From NCBI RefSeq assembly GCF_013365475.1, contig NZ_CP046579.1, positions 90,001-122,000 on the forward strand: a stretch of DNA of 32,000 bases, written 5' to 3'. The notes under the pieces were generated by a model. It made no database searches, was not told the origin of the DNA, and worked only from the letters and a program-made list of their open reading frames with translations. Within the stretch, counting starts at the first letter, position 1, and the number at the start of each line of letters is the position of its first letter. Position numbers and translations under genes: made by a program. This document shows, piece by piece, positions 1-9,361 of this stretch. Source of the stretch: Candidatus Saccharimonadota bacterium. Lineage in GTDB: Bacteria > Pseudomonadota > Alphaproteobacteria > Rickettsiales > Anaplasmataceae.

Positions 1-193
1 CTATCTCGTCAATTCCACTTGGGACACTACTAGAAAGTAATGTTTCACTAAAATCAACAATCTTACTCCCTTGAGTTAGCAGTGAGCCTTTTATATCAAG
101 TTTAGTCTCTGGGTCAACAATACGAGCATTTGTATATACCACTTTGTAGTTTTCTTTCTGCCCTATTTGCAATAAACTCCAAGTTTTAGCCAT
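1..193 (-). CDS. pyrC: 5' part (first 64 codons) of an amidohydrolase-fold enzyme, most likely dihydroorotase; continues off the left edge
   Basis: Hand translation of the reverse strand from ATG at 193-191 gives MAKTWSLLQIGQKENYKVVYTNARIVDPETKLDIKGSLLTQGSKIVDFSETLLSSSVPSGIDEI. The N-terminal pattern (NARIVDP ... G-LL ... G-KI-x-D) is typical of dihydroorotase-type cyclic amidohydrolases. The metal-binding HxH motif lies outside the window, so the call is tentative. Confidence 0.45.
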   Translation of the reverse strand, partial: MAKTWSLLQIGQKENYKVVYTNARIVDPETKLDIKGSLLTQGSKIVDFSETLLSSSVPSGIDEI

Positions 194-652
194 GAGTTCA
201 TACATTAATCATATACTAAATCTAAAGTTTTTTTTTTAGAATACAACTAAATTAAAATACAAGATAGGAAAGGTTTATTGTCACTTTTTAACTCTCTCTA
301 AAAACAGACACCATAAAGTTGCTGTTTCTATGTATTATATGTGATATGCATAAAAATAGATCTTTATTGCCACCTTTTGACTTTTTTAAAAAATTAAGCC
401 CAAGGATTGGTAAGGATTACTTTATCTGTGTTTATCCTTTTTTAAGATTGAAAGATTAGAATAGTAGGTAAATGTAAAAGTGGGGTTCGACTATGAAAGC
501 AAATTCTCTAATAGAAGCTAATCTATGTCTTTCTAATTTATCTTAGTTATATAAAACATTTAGTTAATTTAAAAGTCCAGTTCAACTCTTTATTGTTAGT
601 TCAGCAAAATAAGCTTCCTAGCAGATAAATAGCTTTAATATTGAGGGTTTAT

Positions 653-1375
653 ATGAGTATAGATATATTAACTACTAATATACATAAATTAAAAGTATGC
701 ACAGATAAGAATAAAAAGAGAGAGCAAGAAAAAAAGGATGAGAGATCCCGTATCTCTACAGAGAGAAACATAAAAAAAGTCAAGTATAAACATAAAAAAC
801 AAAAAGATCAAGACAAAACTATCAAGAAGTATAAAAAGTTAATCAATGAAAGTACCAGTTCTGGGATATTAAGCAATCTAGAAGAATCACTTATAGGAAA
901 AGGGAGATATTATAGTCACTATATTCAACAATTCTTTCCAGGATTAAATGGAAAGATACTGAGCTATGTAAAAGAAAAGGAAATAAGGCAAGTAACTTCG
1001 GAAGCTACTCACATCAGAGAATATTTCTTGAATATTATTACTGACAAGCGAAGTAATTATAGGACCACCAAAGATATAAAACTAGAAAGTCGCTATAGCA
1101 TGGGTTTTGAATATGATTGTAAAGTAAAAATAAATCCTAGAGTAGTAAACAATAGTATTCGGCTATTAGAAGCAATTGAAAGTCAAAATGACAGTAAATT
1201 TAGAAAATATCTAAAAAATAAGAAAGGCAAGGGCATTGTATGCTTTATTCCATTGCTAAAAATGGGACAGAAACCTAAATTTTTAAATGCTATAATTAAG
1301 ACGATCATAAAGGAAAACTCAGTACAGATTGTGTTGAGAGCAAAAATCAGAAAAAGATCACTCTTCATTAGATAA
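653..1375 (+). CDS. Hypothetical, very basic Lys/Arg-rich soluble protein (about 240 aa) with no family I recognise
   Basis: The ORF track gives 641..1375 starting at TTG. An in-frame ATG at 653 is preceded by GAGGG (643-647), so I prefer 653. The N-terminal third is a K/R/E/Q low-complexity stretch (KNKKREQEKKDERSR...KKVKYKHKKQKDQDKTIKKYKK). The C-terminus is strongly basic (RAKIRKRSLFIR). No TM segment is evident. Confidence 0.6.
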   Translation: MSIDILTTNIHKLKVCTDKNKKREQEKKDERSRISTERNIKKVKYKHKKQKDQDKTIKKYKKLINESTSSGILSNLEESLIGKGRYYSHYIQQFFPGLNGKILSYVKEKEIRQVTSEATHIREYFLNIITDKRSNYRTTKDIKLESRYSMGFEYDCKVKINPRVVNNSIRLLEAIESQNDSKFRKYLKNKKGKGIVCFIPLLKMGQKPKFLNAIIKTIIKENSVQIVLRAKIRKRSLFIR

Positions 1376-1429
1376 TTACCAATGGAATGGTAAAAAGTCG
1401 ATTCTCGTACAGTCTAGAACAATGACAAT

Positions 1430-3136
1430 ATGTTTAAGTTTTTCTTAAAATTACCAAAGTATAAGATCAGTTCTAGCAACTTGGAATTATCTATAGATGA
1501 ACTACAAGGAATAAGAGAAGAGCAAAAAGACTACTATGACCTCTTAGAAAAATTAATGGAGTTAGTAAAGCAATCCAGATTAGAGCAGAAAATCTGCATA
1601 GAAAAAGAAATTAAAGATGTCATGACGCATGCTCTAAATGCTTTAGACATTAACAATTACTTTATAATTAACAACTACAATAAAAAACTTTTTAAAGAGC
1701 TACTGCAAAAACAATTTGATATTAGACATGAAGTTGCAAACGGCAACAATGCTCTACACCTGATAGCTTTAAAACTAAAAAAAGAACAATTTATTAGTGC
1801 TATAAATAATAATAAGAATCGAGAAGGACAAACGCTTCTACACCAATTACTCTATTATATCCATGAAAGAAGTAAAAACCCTTCATCAATAAGCAAAATA
1901 AAAAACGTAGTAAGAAAAGAATTCAAGGACAAAAACAGGCATAAAATGCTAAAGTTCTTACTAGAAAATGGTGCCGATATTATCACTCAGGATAAAAAAG
2001 AGAATAACGCTTTGCATTATATCATCTCATTAAAAGGAAAACAAAAAATTGCATACTTGAAGTTAATTCTAGGTAAAAATGAATTTAGCAGTGCTTTAAA
2101 TACTATTAATGAAAAAGGTGAAACACCTCTTCACAAGCTACTTCAGTATGTACAAAAAAAGAGCGAAAAATTTTCACTAGTAAGTTTTAAAAATACTAAA
2201 AGATATGAAGCATTAAAGCTTCTATTAAGAAATGGTGTTGATATCACCATCAAAGATGGGAATAAAAAAAATGTCCTGCACTATATTGCTTTACTCAAAG
2301 GAGAACAAAAAGTTGTATGTTTGGACCTAATAGTAAAGAACTGTAATACACCTAAAGATAAGCTAAGTATAGCTGTAAATGCTAAGGATAGCAAAGAACA
2401 AACACCACTACAAGTAGCATTGATTTCCAAGGTAGTAAAAGACAAATATAATTCTTTCAATTTCAAGAACAGCAATAACACAATCAAGTTTTGTGTAAAA
2501 CTATTACAAAATGGCGCTGACATAAAACAGTTAGTGTTACCTGAATCGTTATGGAATAGAGAGTACTATCAAATTCTAAAAGGAATAGAAAAATCAATGG
2601 GGAAATTACTTATTCCAGACGATATTAGAGCTGAATTAAAACTTAACTTTGGCAAGAAATTTAAAGCACGTAATGTTGTGAAGCACGCTAAAAATATTGT
2701 CTACAAAGCGATAACAACATTTATATTTGCTACTTTAATCTGTACAGTAATATTCAGTGTTGCTTATGGAAGTATTACAATCACAACTGCATTATCTATT
2801 ATATCAGCTACAGGAGTTTATTATCTCATATGTGTGAACTTAGACAATCTTTATGAAGGACTTAAAAAAACTAAAAGAAAACTTACTAAAGAAAAGCAAA
2901 TTATACTTCATAATAATACCATAAAAAATGGTACACAACACAATGATTCTTCTCAAAGTATGGGAAACAAGCCTAACAGCTTAGAAAAACAAAGAACCCA
3001 AGAACTGGAAGAACAATTAAAATATACTAAAAGCCTTCCTAGCTTTAGGATAGATGGTATATCAATATACCAACTTACTAAGGAATTATTAAAGTTCAAT
3101 AAACAAATTAATAAGTCCTCTTCTCTGGTGCTATGA
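1430..3136 (+). CDS. Ankyrin-repeat protein with an N-terminal coiled-coil-like region, two C-proximal TM helices and a polar tail of about 100 aa
   Basis: ANK signatures recur: [81 protein letters not shown] hydrophobic stretch, [43 protein letters not shown] (aa 427-469), follows. The ATG start is at 1430. Confidence 0.85.
   Translation: MFKFFLKLPKYKISSSNLELSIDELQGIREEQKDYYDLLEKLMELVKQSRLEQKICIEKEIKDVMTHALNALDINNYFIINNYNKKLFKELLQKQFDIRHEVANGNNALHLIALKLKKEQFISAINNNKNREGQTLLHQLLYYIHERSKNPSSISKIKNVVRKEFKDKNRHKMLKFLLENGADIITQDKKENNALHYIISLKGKQKIAYLKLILGKNEFSSALNTINEKGETPLHKLLQYVQKKSEKFSLVSFKNTKRYEALKLLLRNGVDITIKDGNKKNVLHYIALLKGEQKVVCLDLIVKNCNTPKDKLSIAVNAKDSKEQTPLQVALISKVVKDKYNSFNFKNSNNTIKFCVKLLQNGADIKQLVLPESLWNREYYQILKGIEKSMGKLLIPDDIRAELKLNFGKKFKARNVVKHAKNIVYKAITTFIFATLICTVIFSVAYGSITITTALSIISATGVYYLICVNLDNLYEGLKKTKRKLTKEKQIILHNNTIKNGTQHNDSSQSMGNKPNSLEKQRTQELEEQLKYTKSLPSFRIDGISIYQLTKELLKFNKQINKSSSLVL
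1748..2527 (+). repeat. Three tandem protein-level super-modules of 85-89 aa inside the ankyrin gene (aa 107-192, 193-281, 282-366)
   Basis: Each module reads (N/V)(A)LH-x-I... / (G/E)(Q/E)TPL(H/Q)... / K-x-LL-x-NG-(A/V)-DI, that is two ANK-like units plus a spacer. The alignment was done by eye from the ORF translation. Confidence 0.65.
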
Positions 3137-4913
3137 AGTTAATTTCACTACTTAAGGTTTTTCCAGCAACTTTTTTATAGTCAATTTTTACATCAATTTT
3201 ATCTTCTATCACTTCAAGCCATGCTATAGTATGCTTCATCCAGTTTTTATCATCACGCTCAGGAAAATCTTCACGAGCATGAGCACCTCTACTTTCTTTG
3301 CGATTAGCTGCACACTCTATAGTAATAACTGCTTGTGGAATCATGTTAGCTAATTCTAGTGCCTCAACTAAATCAGTGTTCCATATCATACTGCGGTCTT
3401 GAATTGCAAGATCAGACATCATTTTTGCCACCTTTCTTATAGCTTTTTTGCCTTCCTCTAAAACTTCAGCAACGCGAAATACCGATGCATATTTTTGCAT
3501 AGTGTTCTGCATTTCACTGCGAATTTTTGCCACTCTGAGTTCTCCAGAAGCAAATCTCATTTTGTTAAATCTATCCACTATCCAGTCTGTACAATCTGAG
3601 TGCAATTTTTTATGTGGAGTATCAAGTTTTAATTTCTCCTTTGCCCTTAGCGCTGCAGCCCTACCAAAAACTACAAGATCAAGAAGCGAGTTAGAACCAA
3701 GTCGATTTGCACCATGCACAGAAATACATGCTGCCTCCCCAATTGCAAATAATCCTTCCACCACTTCTTCCTTGCCTTCTTTTAATGTGATTACCTCTCC
3801 ATAATAATTTGTTGGAATGCCACCCATATTATAGTGTACAGTTGGAATAACCGGTATTGGATCTCTAGTAACATCGACTCCTGCAAAAGTTTTTGCAGTT
3901 TCACTAATCCCAGGAAGCCTAAGTTTTATTACTTCTGGATCAAGGTGTGCTATAGTTAAATATACATGATCTTTTCTTGGTCCAACTCCTTTCCCTTCCC
4001 TAATCTCAATTGTTATTGCACGACTCACTACGTCACGAGAAGCTAAGTCCTTTGCCTTAGGTGCATAGCGTTCCATGAATCTTTCACCATGAGAATTAAT
4101 AAGGTACCCACCTTCCCCACGACATCCTTCCGTCATTAAGCACCCAGATCCGTATATTCCTGTTGGATGAAACTGTACAAATTCCATATCTTCAAGTGGC
4201 AATCCAACTCTTATTACCATACCATTGCCATCACCCGTACATGTGTGTGCACTTGTTGCAGAGAAGTAAACACGTCCATATCCACCAGTTGCTAACACTA
4301 CTGAATGTGCACGAAATTTATGTAACGTACCATCACACAGTGACCAAGCAAGGACTCCACAGCAAGCTCCAGTTCTGTTATCCATAATCAAATCAATCAC
4401 AAAGTATTCAACAAAAAATTCAGCATTGAACTTAAGGCACTGCTGATATAGAGTGTGAAGTATTGCGTGTCCAGTCTTATCAGCTGCTGCACAAGTACGC
4501 TGAGCTGACCCTCCTTTACCAAAGTGAGTTGTCATCCCTCCAAAGGAGCGCTGGTATATTTTACCCTCTCTTGTGCGAGAAAATGGTACACCGAAATTTT
4601 CAAGTTCAATAACAGCATTAGCAGCATTTTTACACATATATTCTATTGCATCTTGATCACCAAGCCAGTCTGATCCTTTTACTGTATCATATATATGCCA
4701 GCGCCAGTCATCCTCAGCAATATTACCTAAAGCTGCACTAATTCCACCTTGTGCTGCAACTGTATGACTGCGTGTAGGGAAAACCTTAGAGATACAAGCA
4801 ACTGAAAAATTAGTAGAGGCCATTCCAAGTGTTGCCCTTAACCCTGCTCCACCTGCACCTACTACTACTACGTCATACTCATGTTCTATAATCTCATAGG
4901 CAGGCTTATTCAT
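3108..4913 (-). CDS. sdhA: Succinate dehydrogenase flavoprotein subunit
   Basis: The 601 aa product shows the FAD fold [13 protein letters not shown], the covalent-FAD His region [14 protein letters not shown], the catalytic RGEGG, and the conserved C-terminal end ...EKRTY. The start is ATG at 4913. Confidence 0.97.
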   Translation of the reverse strand: MNKPAYEIIEHEYDVVVVGAGGAGLRATLGMASTNFSVACISKVFPTRSHTVAAQGGISAALGNIAEDDWRWHIYDTVKGSDWLGDQDAIEYMCKNAANAVIELENFGVPFSRTREGKIYQRSFGGMTTHFGKGGSAQRTCAAADKTGHAILHTLYQQCLKFNAEFFVEYFVIDLIMDNRTGACCGVLAWSLCDGTLHKFRAHSVVLATGGYGRVYFSATSAHTCTGDGNGMVIRVGLPLEDMEFVQFHPTGIYGSGCLMTEGCRGEGGYLINSHGERFMERYAPKAKDLASRDVVSRAITIEIREGKGVGPRKDHVYLTIAHLDPEVIKLRLPGISETAKTFAGVDVTRDPIPVIPTVHYNMGGIPTNYYGEVITLKEGKEEVVEGLFAIGEAACISVHGANRLGSNSLLDLVVFGRAAALRAKEKLKLDTPHKKLHSDCTDWIVDRFNKMRFASGELRVAKIRSEMQNTMQKYASVFRVAEVLEEGKKAIRKVAKMMSDLAIQDRSMIWNTDLVEALELANMIPQAVITIECAANRKESRGAHAREDFPERDDKNWMKHTIAWLEVIEDKIDVKIDYKKVAGKTLSSEINFIAPEKRTY

Positions 4914-5944
4914 ATTTGCTTGTTCATGACCACATAACTATAATATCACATTAGCAAAGAATCTACAGCAGTTTTCTAGTTTCTGCAAACAAATATTAAG
5001 GAAGAGAAGAAAAGAGCTATATTTTGTCTATAGACTAGGAAATCGATAAGAAGTGATTATGTTAATTTTAGAATCTAAAAGTGAGTCATTGAGATATCTC
5101 TAATTTATTACTATAAGAATAGTTTACATTAAGGTAAATGGGTTAGTGGATTCTTTTCCAAAATTTTTCTAATAAATTACTCAGCTTCTCTACATTAATT
5201 ATATAAATGGGAGAAAATTTAGAATCAGTAACAACACTTTATATCATTTTAATTTGTTTAAATTCTAATAAAGAAATAATATATCGAACTTAACTGCTAT
5301 TTCAATATTAAGAAAAACTTATTACAATACTAATAAATTATTACAACATAGATCTTACCTTTACCTGAGCTAAATTCAAAAAAAACACCTCTCTTCTCTT
5401 CTTTATGTTAAAGAATTCTGCTGCTTGCGTGCCACTACTTTGATGGCTTGCAAGTAAACACATTGCTATTTTCTTCTGAAAGATTAGATAAGTCTTAGTA
5501 TATTTCTATTACACATTAAGTTACTTTTTATACAACATTTACCATTACTCCGAAAGCTTTATCAAATTCTACACCCTATAAAGAAGCATATTTATGTACC
5601 ACAATCCCTTCAGGATCTCTGTGCTGTAAAACAATGAAAATATAGCACACATTCTTTACACATAATGCCTTTTATCATCAAGTGCATAATCGAAATCAGC
5701 AAACTCTATTTCATCATTATAAGTCAGGTTCACTAGAATAAATGCTTATTTTATTACAATTTGATAATTTTTACAGAAACTCAGAAACTTAATTGTATGA
5801 TCATTTTTACTCTAAGCTATTAATAATCAATGATATAACAAGAAACAAGTTTTGTTAAAAAAAGAGTCCAATCAAAAAGGTTAACATAATTTATCAAAAA
5901 CATGAACAATAACTGATTTTTGATTAGCATTTTTCAATGCTCCT

Positions 5945-8230
5945 CTAAAAAAAACTTATAGGATCAACATCTACTATAACTGTAATATTTGAATTAAAGT
6001 TACAATCTCTAATCCAAGATTTAAGCTTCTTTTGCATAGACAAACAATGTCTGTTATACATCTTTAGTAAGATCCTATATCGATATCTCTTATTTAGAAA
6101 GTTTATTATTGCTGGTGACGGACCAAAAATTTCAAATTCCTGCTTTCCAAGCTCAGTTTTCATATTCTGAAATGGCAACACAGAAGGGACAGTAGCCAAA
6201 CATTGATTATATAAAAGGCTCGTTATTTTGCTTGCTGCTTCTTGTGTCGCAATTTGATTTATACCACAAATTATAAGTGCTATCAATCTGCTAAACGGTG
6301 GCATTTTTGCTCTTTGCCTCAATTTAAGTTCGATTTCATAAAATAAGTTTCTTTTTTGATACTGCAAAGTTTTTATTATCAAACTTTCAGGGTTATTTGT
6401 CTGCACTATCACAGTTCCTTTTTCATTGAACCTACCAGATCTTCCTGCAACTTGATGCAATAACTGATACGTTTTTTCTGCCGCCCTCAGATCAGGGTTA
6501 TCAAGACTTAAATCTGCATTTATTACTCCAACCAAAGTTAATTTGGGGAAATTATGTCCTTTAGCAATTATTTGTGTGCCAATTATAACATTCACTTCTT
6601 CTTTCAACACTAAATCAATAATGTTAGACTTTTGATCACTACTTATGACCACAGTTTTCACATTTGGTATTAACTTTACTGTCTCCTCAAGCAATTTTTC
6701 AACACCTACACCGTAAAGAGACAATGGCTGTCCATTCTTGCAATTAGGACATTTTTCTGGAAAAATCAATTGATAAGAGCAATGATGACATAAAAGAATA
6801 TTCTTTTTCCTGTGGTATGTAAGCCAAACAGAGCAATTTAGACAGGAAATTTTATATCCACATTTTTTACAAACTGCAAGCTGAGCATATCCTCGACGAT
6901 TTAGGAAAAGCATAACTTGGCAATTTTTCACTATAGCCTGTCTTATGCCTTCAAAAAGCTCATTGGAGATCCACTGCCTGTTCTTTCTCATATCTATCAC
7001 TTTAATGAGAGGCAACCCTGCACTACCAAATCTCCTATTTAATCTTATATAATTGTAATTTCCACTCTTAACATGGTAAATAGTTTCAAGCAAAGGAGTA
7101 GCTGACGATAGAATTATCGGAATATTTTCAACTTTAGCTAAAACTATTGCCATATCTCGAGCATTATATACAATTCCTTGTTCCTGTTTAAAAGACGAAT
7201 CATGTTCTTCATCAATAATGATCAATTTTAGATTTTTATAAGGCAAAAAAAGTGCCGACCTTGCCCCTATAATTATCTGCACATTTCCATTTGTTATATT
7301 GAGCCAATTATTCCAGCGAGTTTTTGGAGTGAGCTCTGAATGCCACTGAGCTAAACTTCTTGATATTTGATCCTGAATACGATTCACTAATTGTGAAGTC
7401 AAAACAATTTCAGGCAATAGGATCAAAACTTGTACATTTTCTTCTCTAGAAGTTATTCCAATATCCCCTAGTGCTGTTTCAGCATCAAGCGATGGAACAC
7501 AACCTTTATTAAGTAACTGTTTGTCATGTTCATTTATAATTAATTTTCTTTTGCTACAGTGTTTGGCTGTCTGAGCAATATCATCTTCAGCAGAAAGAGC
7601 CCTTATATTACAATGTTTACATAATTGAACACTTGATACTAACTTTTTTTTCTGTATCCTAGTACCTGTACATAGTGATGGCAAAGTCTGAGTATCATTC
7701 TGAACAGTATGAGAAGCATTGTAATTTCCAATCAAATGCTCAATTACAGAAAGGTAGACTTCAGTTTTACCAGATCCAGTTTCACCATCAAGCAATGTTA
7801 CTGAATACTTATTTAAGTTCTTTAGTATTATATCACTAGCAGTTTGTTGTTCAATACTCAATCGGCATTTTTTCTTACTTACTCCATGCTTTTGTTCAGC
7901 GCAAACTGACCTGTATATTTGGTTTACCCTTAATACTCCACCCATTATTGCCTTAGCGAGCATACCAATAGGTATCAAGTTGTATCGTGCAACCCACTCT
8001 GCAAACGCAATCAATTTTGGTCTAACACTTGGTAAATTGATCTTTTGTTCAATAAGTTTCAATTTGCGACTGTTTTCCATACCATATTTCCAAACTATAC
8101 CGATTAAACGTTTCTTACTAAATGGCACTACTACATAGTCTCCAACCGAAATTTCAGTATTTTCCCCGATTTCATAGGAAAATAATTGGTCAATTGGAAG
8201 TGGCAGTAGTACATCAACTATTTTCACCAT
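5945..8230 (-). CDS. priA: Primosomal replication-restart helicase PriA (protein N')
   Basis: The 761 aa product has Walker A GETGSGKT, a DEEH box (IIIDEEHDSS), a Cys-rich zinc region (CKKCGYKISCLNCSVWLTYHRKKNILLCHHCSYQLIFPEKCPNCK) and motif VI QVAGRSGR. It carries an extra segment between Walker A and motif Ia (see findings). Confidence 0.93.
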   Translation of the reverse strand: MVKIVDVLLPLPIDQLFSYEIGENTEISVGDYVVVPFSKKRLIGIVWKYGMENSRKLKLIEQKINLPSVRPKLIAFAEWVARYNLIPIGMLAKAIMGGVLRVNQIYRSVCAEQKHGVSKKKCRLSIEQQTASDIILKNLNKYSVTLLDGETGSGKTEVYLSVIEHLIGNYNASHTVQNDTQTLPSLCTGTRIQKKKLVSSVQLCKHCNIRALSAEDDIAQTAKHCSKRKLIINEHDKQLLNKGCVPSLDAETALGDIGITSREENVQVLILLPEIVLTSQLVNRIQDQISRSLAQWHSELTPKTRWNNWLNITNGNVQIIIGARSALFLPYKNLKLIIIDEEHDSSFKQEQGIVYNARDMAIVLAKVENIPIILSSATPLLETIYHVKSGNYNYIRLNRRFGSAGLPLIKVIDMRKNRQWISNELFEGIRQAIVKNCQVMLFLNRRGYAQLAVCKKCGYKISCLNCSVWLTYHRKKNILLCHHCSYQLIFPEKCPNCKNGQPLSLYGVGVEKLLEETVKLIPNVKTVVISSDQKSNIIDLVLKEEVNVIIGTQIIAKGHNFPKLTLVGVINADLSLDNPDLRAAEKTYQLLHQVAGRSGRFNEKGTVIVQTNNPESLIIKTLQYQKRNLFYEIELKLRQRAKMPPFSRLIALIICGINQIATQEAASKITSLLYNQCLATVPSVLPFQNMKTELGKQEFEIFGPSPAIINFLNKRYRYRILLKMYNRHCLSMQKKLKSWIRDCNFNSNITVIVDVDPISFF

Positions 8231-8697
8231 AGCAACTTAAGTTTAATCCAATTTTGAGAGCTTTTACTCAACTCTTGTTAGCAGAATAATTTAATCTTTG
8301 TATGTAAGCTTGCTCGCTCAACACAATAAACATGTGAAAACTCATATAAAAGTCAATAAAATTCTCTTTACTTTAGAAAAACTTTATGCAGAACAGAAAA
8401 CTAAGCAAACTGTAAAAGTAGCTATTTGGAATAAATAATGGATTTATAAAGAAAACACTATGCAATGGAATCAGATGTACAAATGTAACTAATAAAAGGA
8501 TCTTCCTCAGTCCTCTATCTTGAATTTTTCAACATTGCTTTCGCAAATAGCTAATCACTGCTAAAAATGAAAATCATGGTAGTAAAAGGTTACAGTTGTA
8601 GTATTGTGACTTTGCAAAGGGCATCTTAGTTAAGAGTAAGTTTTAAATAAAGAAGCATAGAAAACATACAAGTAAGAAGGCTATCTGTTATTCCAGT

Positions 8698-8741
8698 AGT
8701 TGCTCTTCTAACACAGAATTAGAGCAACTCTTTAATTTTTT
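8698..8741 (+). terminator. Orphan terminator-like hairpin: 9 bp perfect stem, 14 nt loop, then a T-rich tail
   Basis: AGTTGCTCT (8698-8706), loop tctaacacagaatt, AGAGCAACT (8721-8729), followed by ctttaattttttc. No + strand gene lies upstream. The loop is longer than in classic intrinsic terminators. Confidence 0.3.
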
Positions 8742-9361
8742 CAATTAGTTTGATGTATAAAAAGAAGAATAAAAATAAATAATGGAGTACTTACTGACAT
8801 CAAAATTACTATCAAAAGTCATATTCAATCTTAGGAAAATAACTAAAGATGTAGCTATTATATTATATTTACTATCCATCTCAATCAGAATACAGTAATA
8901 GTAGCATACAGAAGCTTACATGCAGTGGCAACTTTACTACAATAATATTTATAAGTTCAACTGAGATAATAAATTAGAACGAAGAATCAAGCACTCATAA
9001 ACTACCAGTAAACAATAAAACAAAAAGCAATTCCACACGCAGAAAAATCTTCAAGAATTTATATTATATTGGTAAATGTATAATAGAACTAAGATCATTA
9101 CCAAATGTTGTAAATATCACACTGCCTACAATAGATCGTATCTAAAATACTGATATCATAATAATCACAACAATTGTGCTACAGGAACTGTAAGCAGCGT
9201 TAGATAATACAGTCCTGTAAGTACAGCAAGATATTGCCGATAATAAACGTATTAATTATAGGAACAGTGCCTTATAAGGAGGTTCATTAACAAGTTAGAT
9301 TCCAGTTTTTTTAATAATTATGCACTACTACTTATATAGGTTTCCATTTTCAAAGTAAGAA

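Noticed and set aside
228-237. T10 homopolymer in the divergent pyrC/hypothetical-gene promoter region (also T9 at about 12713-12721), considered as a phase-variation tract
   Set aside because: A/T homopolymers of this length are common in genomes of about 30% GC. Neither tract lies inside a reading frame or at a defined -35/-10 spacer that I can support.
478-500. GGGGTTCGACT, resembling a tRNA or tmRNA T-arm
   Set aside because: There is no complementary 3' half of the T stem, no acceptor stem and no anticodon arm in the flanks. It does not fold as a tRNA-like structure.
3448-3804. 118 aa ORF antisense to sdhA, and similar antisense or shadow ORFs at 4163-4387, 10168-10437, 14395-14583, 16201-16802, 19477-19737, 20017-20205, 22848-23144, 25516-25713, 26565-26777 and 30962-31375
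   Set aside because: All lie completely inside strongly supported genes on the opposite strand or in another frame. The relatively GC-richer coding DNA is simply poor in stop codons. The products are low-complexity with no motifs.
5540-5730. Minus-strand fragments (VNLTYNDEIEFADFDYALDDKRHYV*, HRDPEGIVVHKYASL*) considered as relics of a small toxin-like gene
   Set aside because: The fragments are short, fall in different frames, and match no motif I can name. They cannot be told apart from chance without a database search.
9276-9283. Perfect Shine-Dalgarno 8-mer AAGGAGGT 79 nt upstream of the clpA start
   Set aside because: It is too far upstream to serve clpA. It is followed only by an ATT-initiated 18-codon frame. 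About 0.5 chance occurrences are expected in the window, so it is not significant alone.
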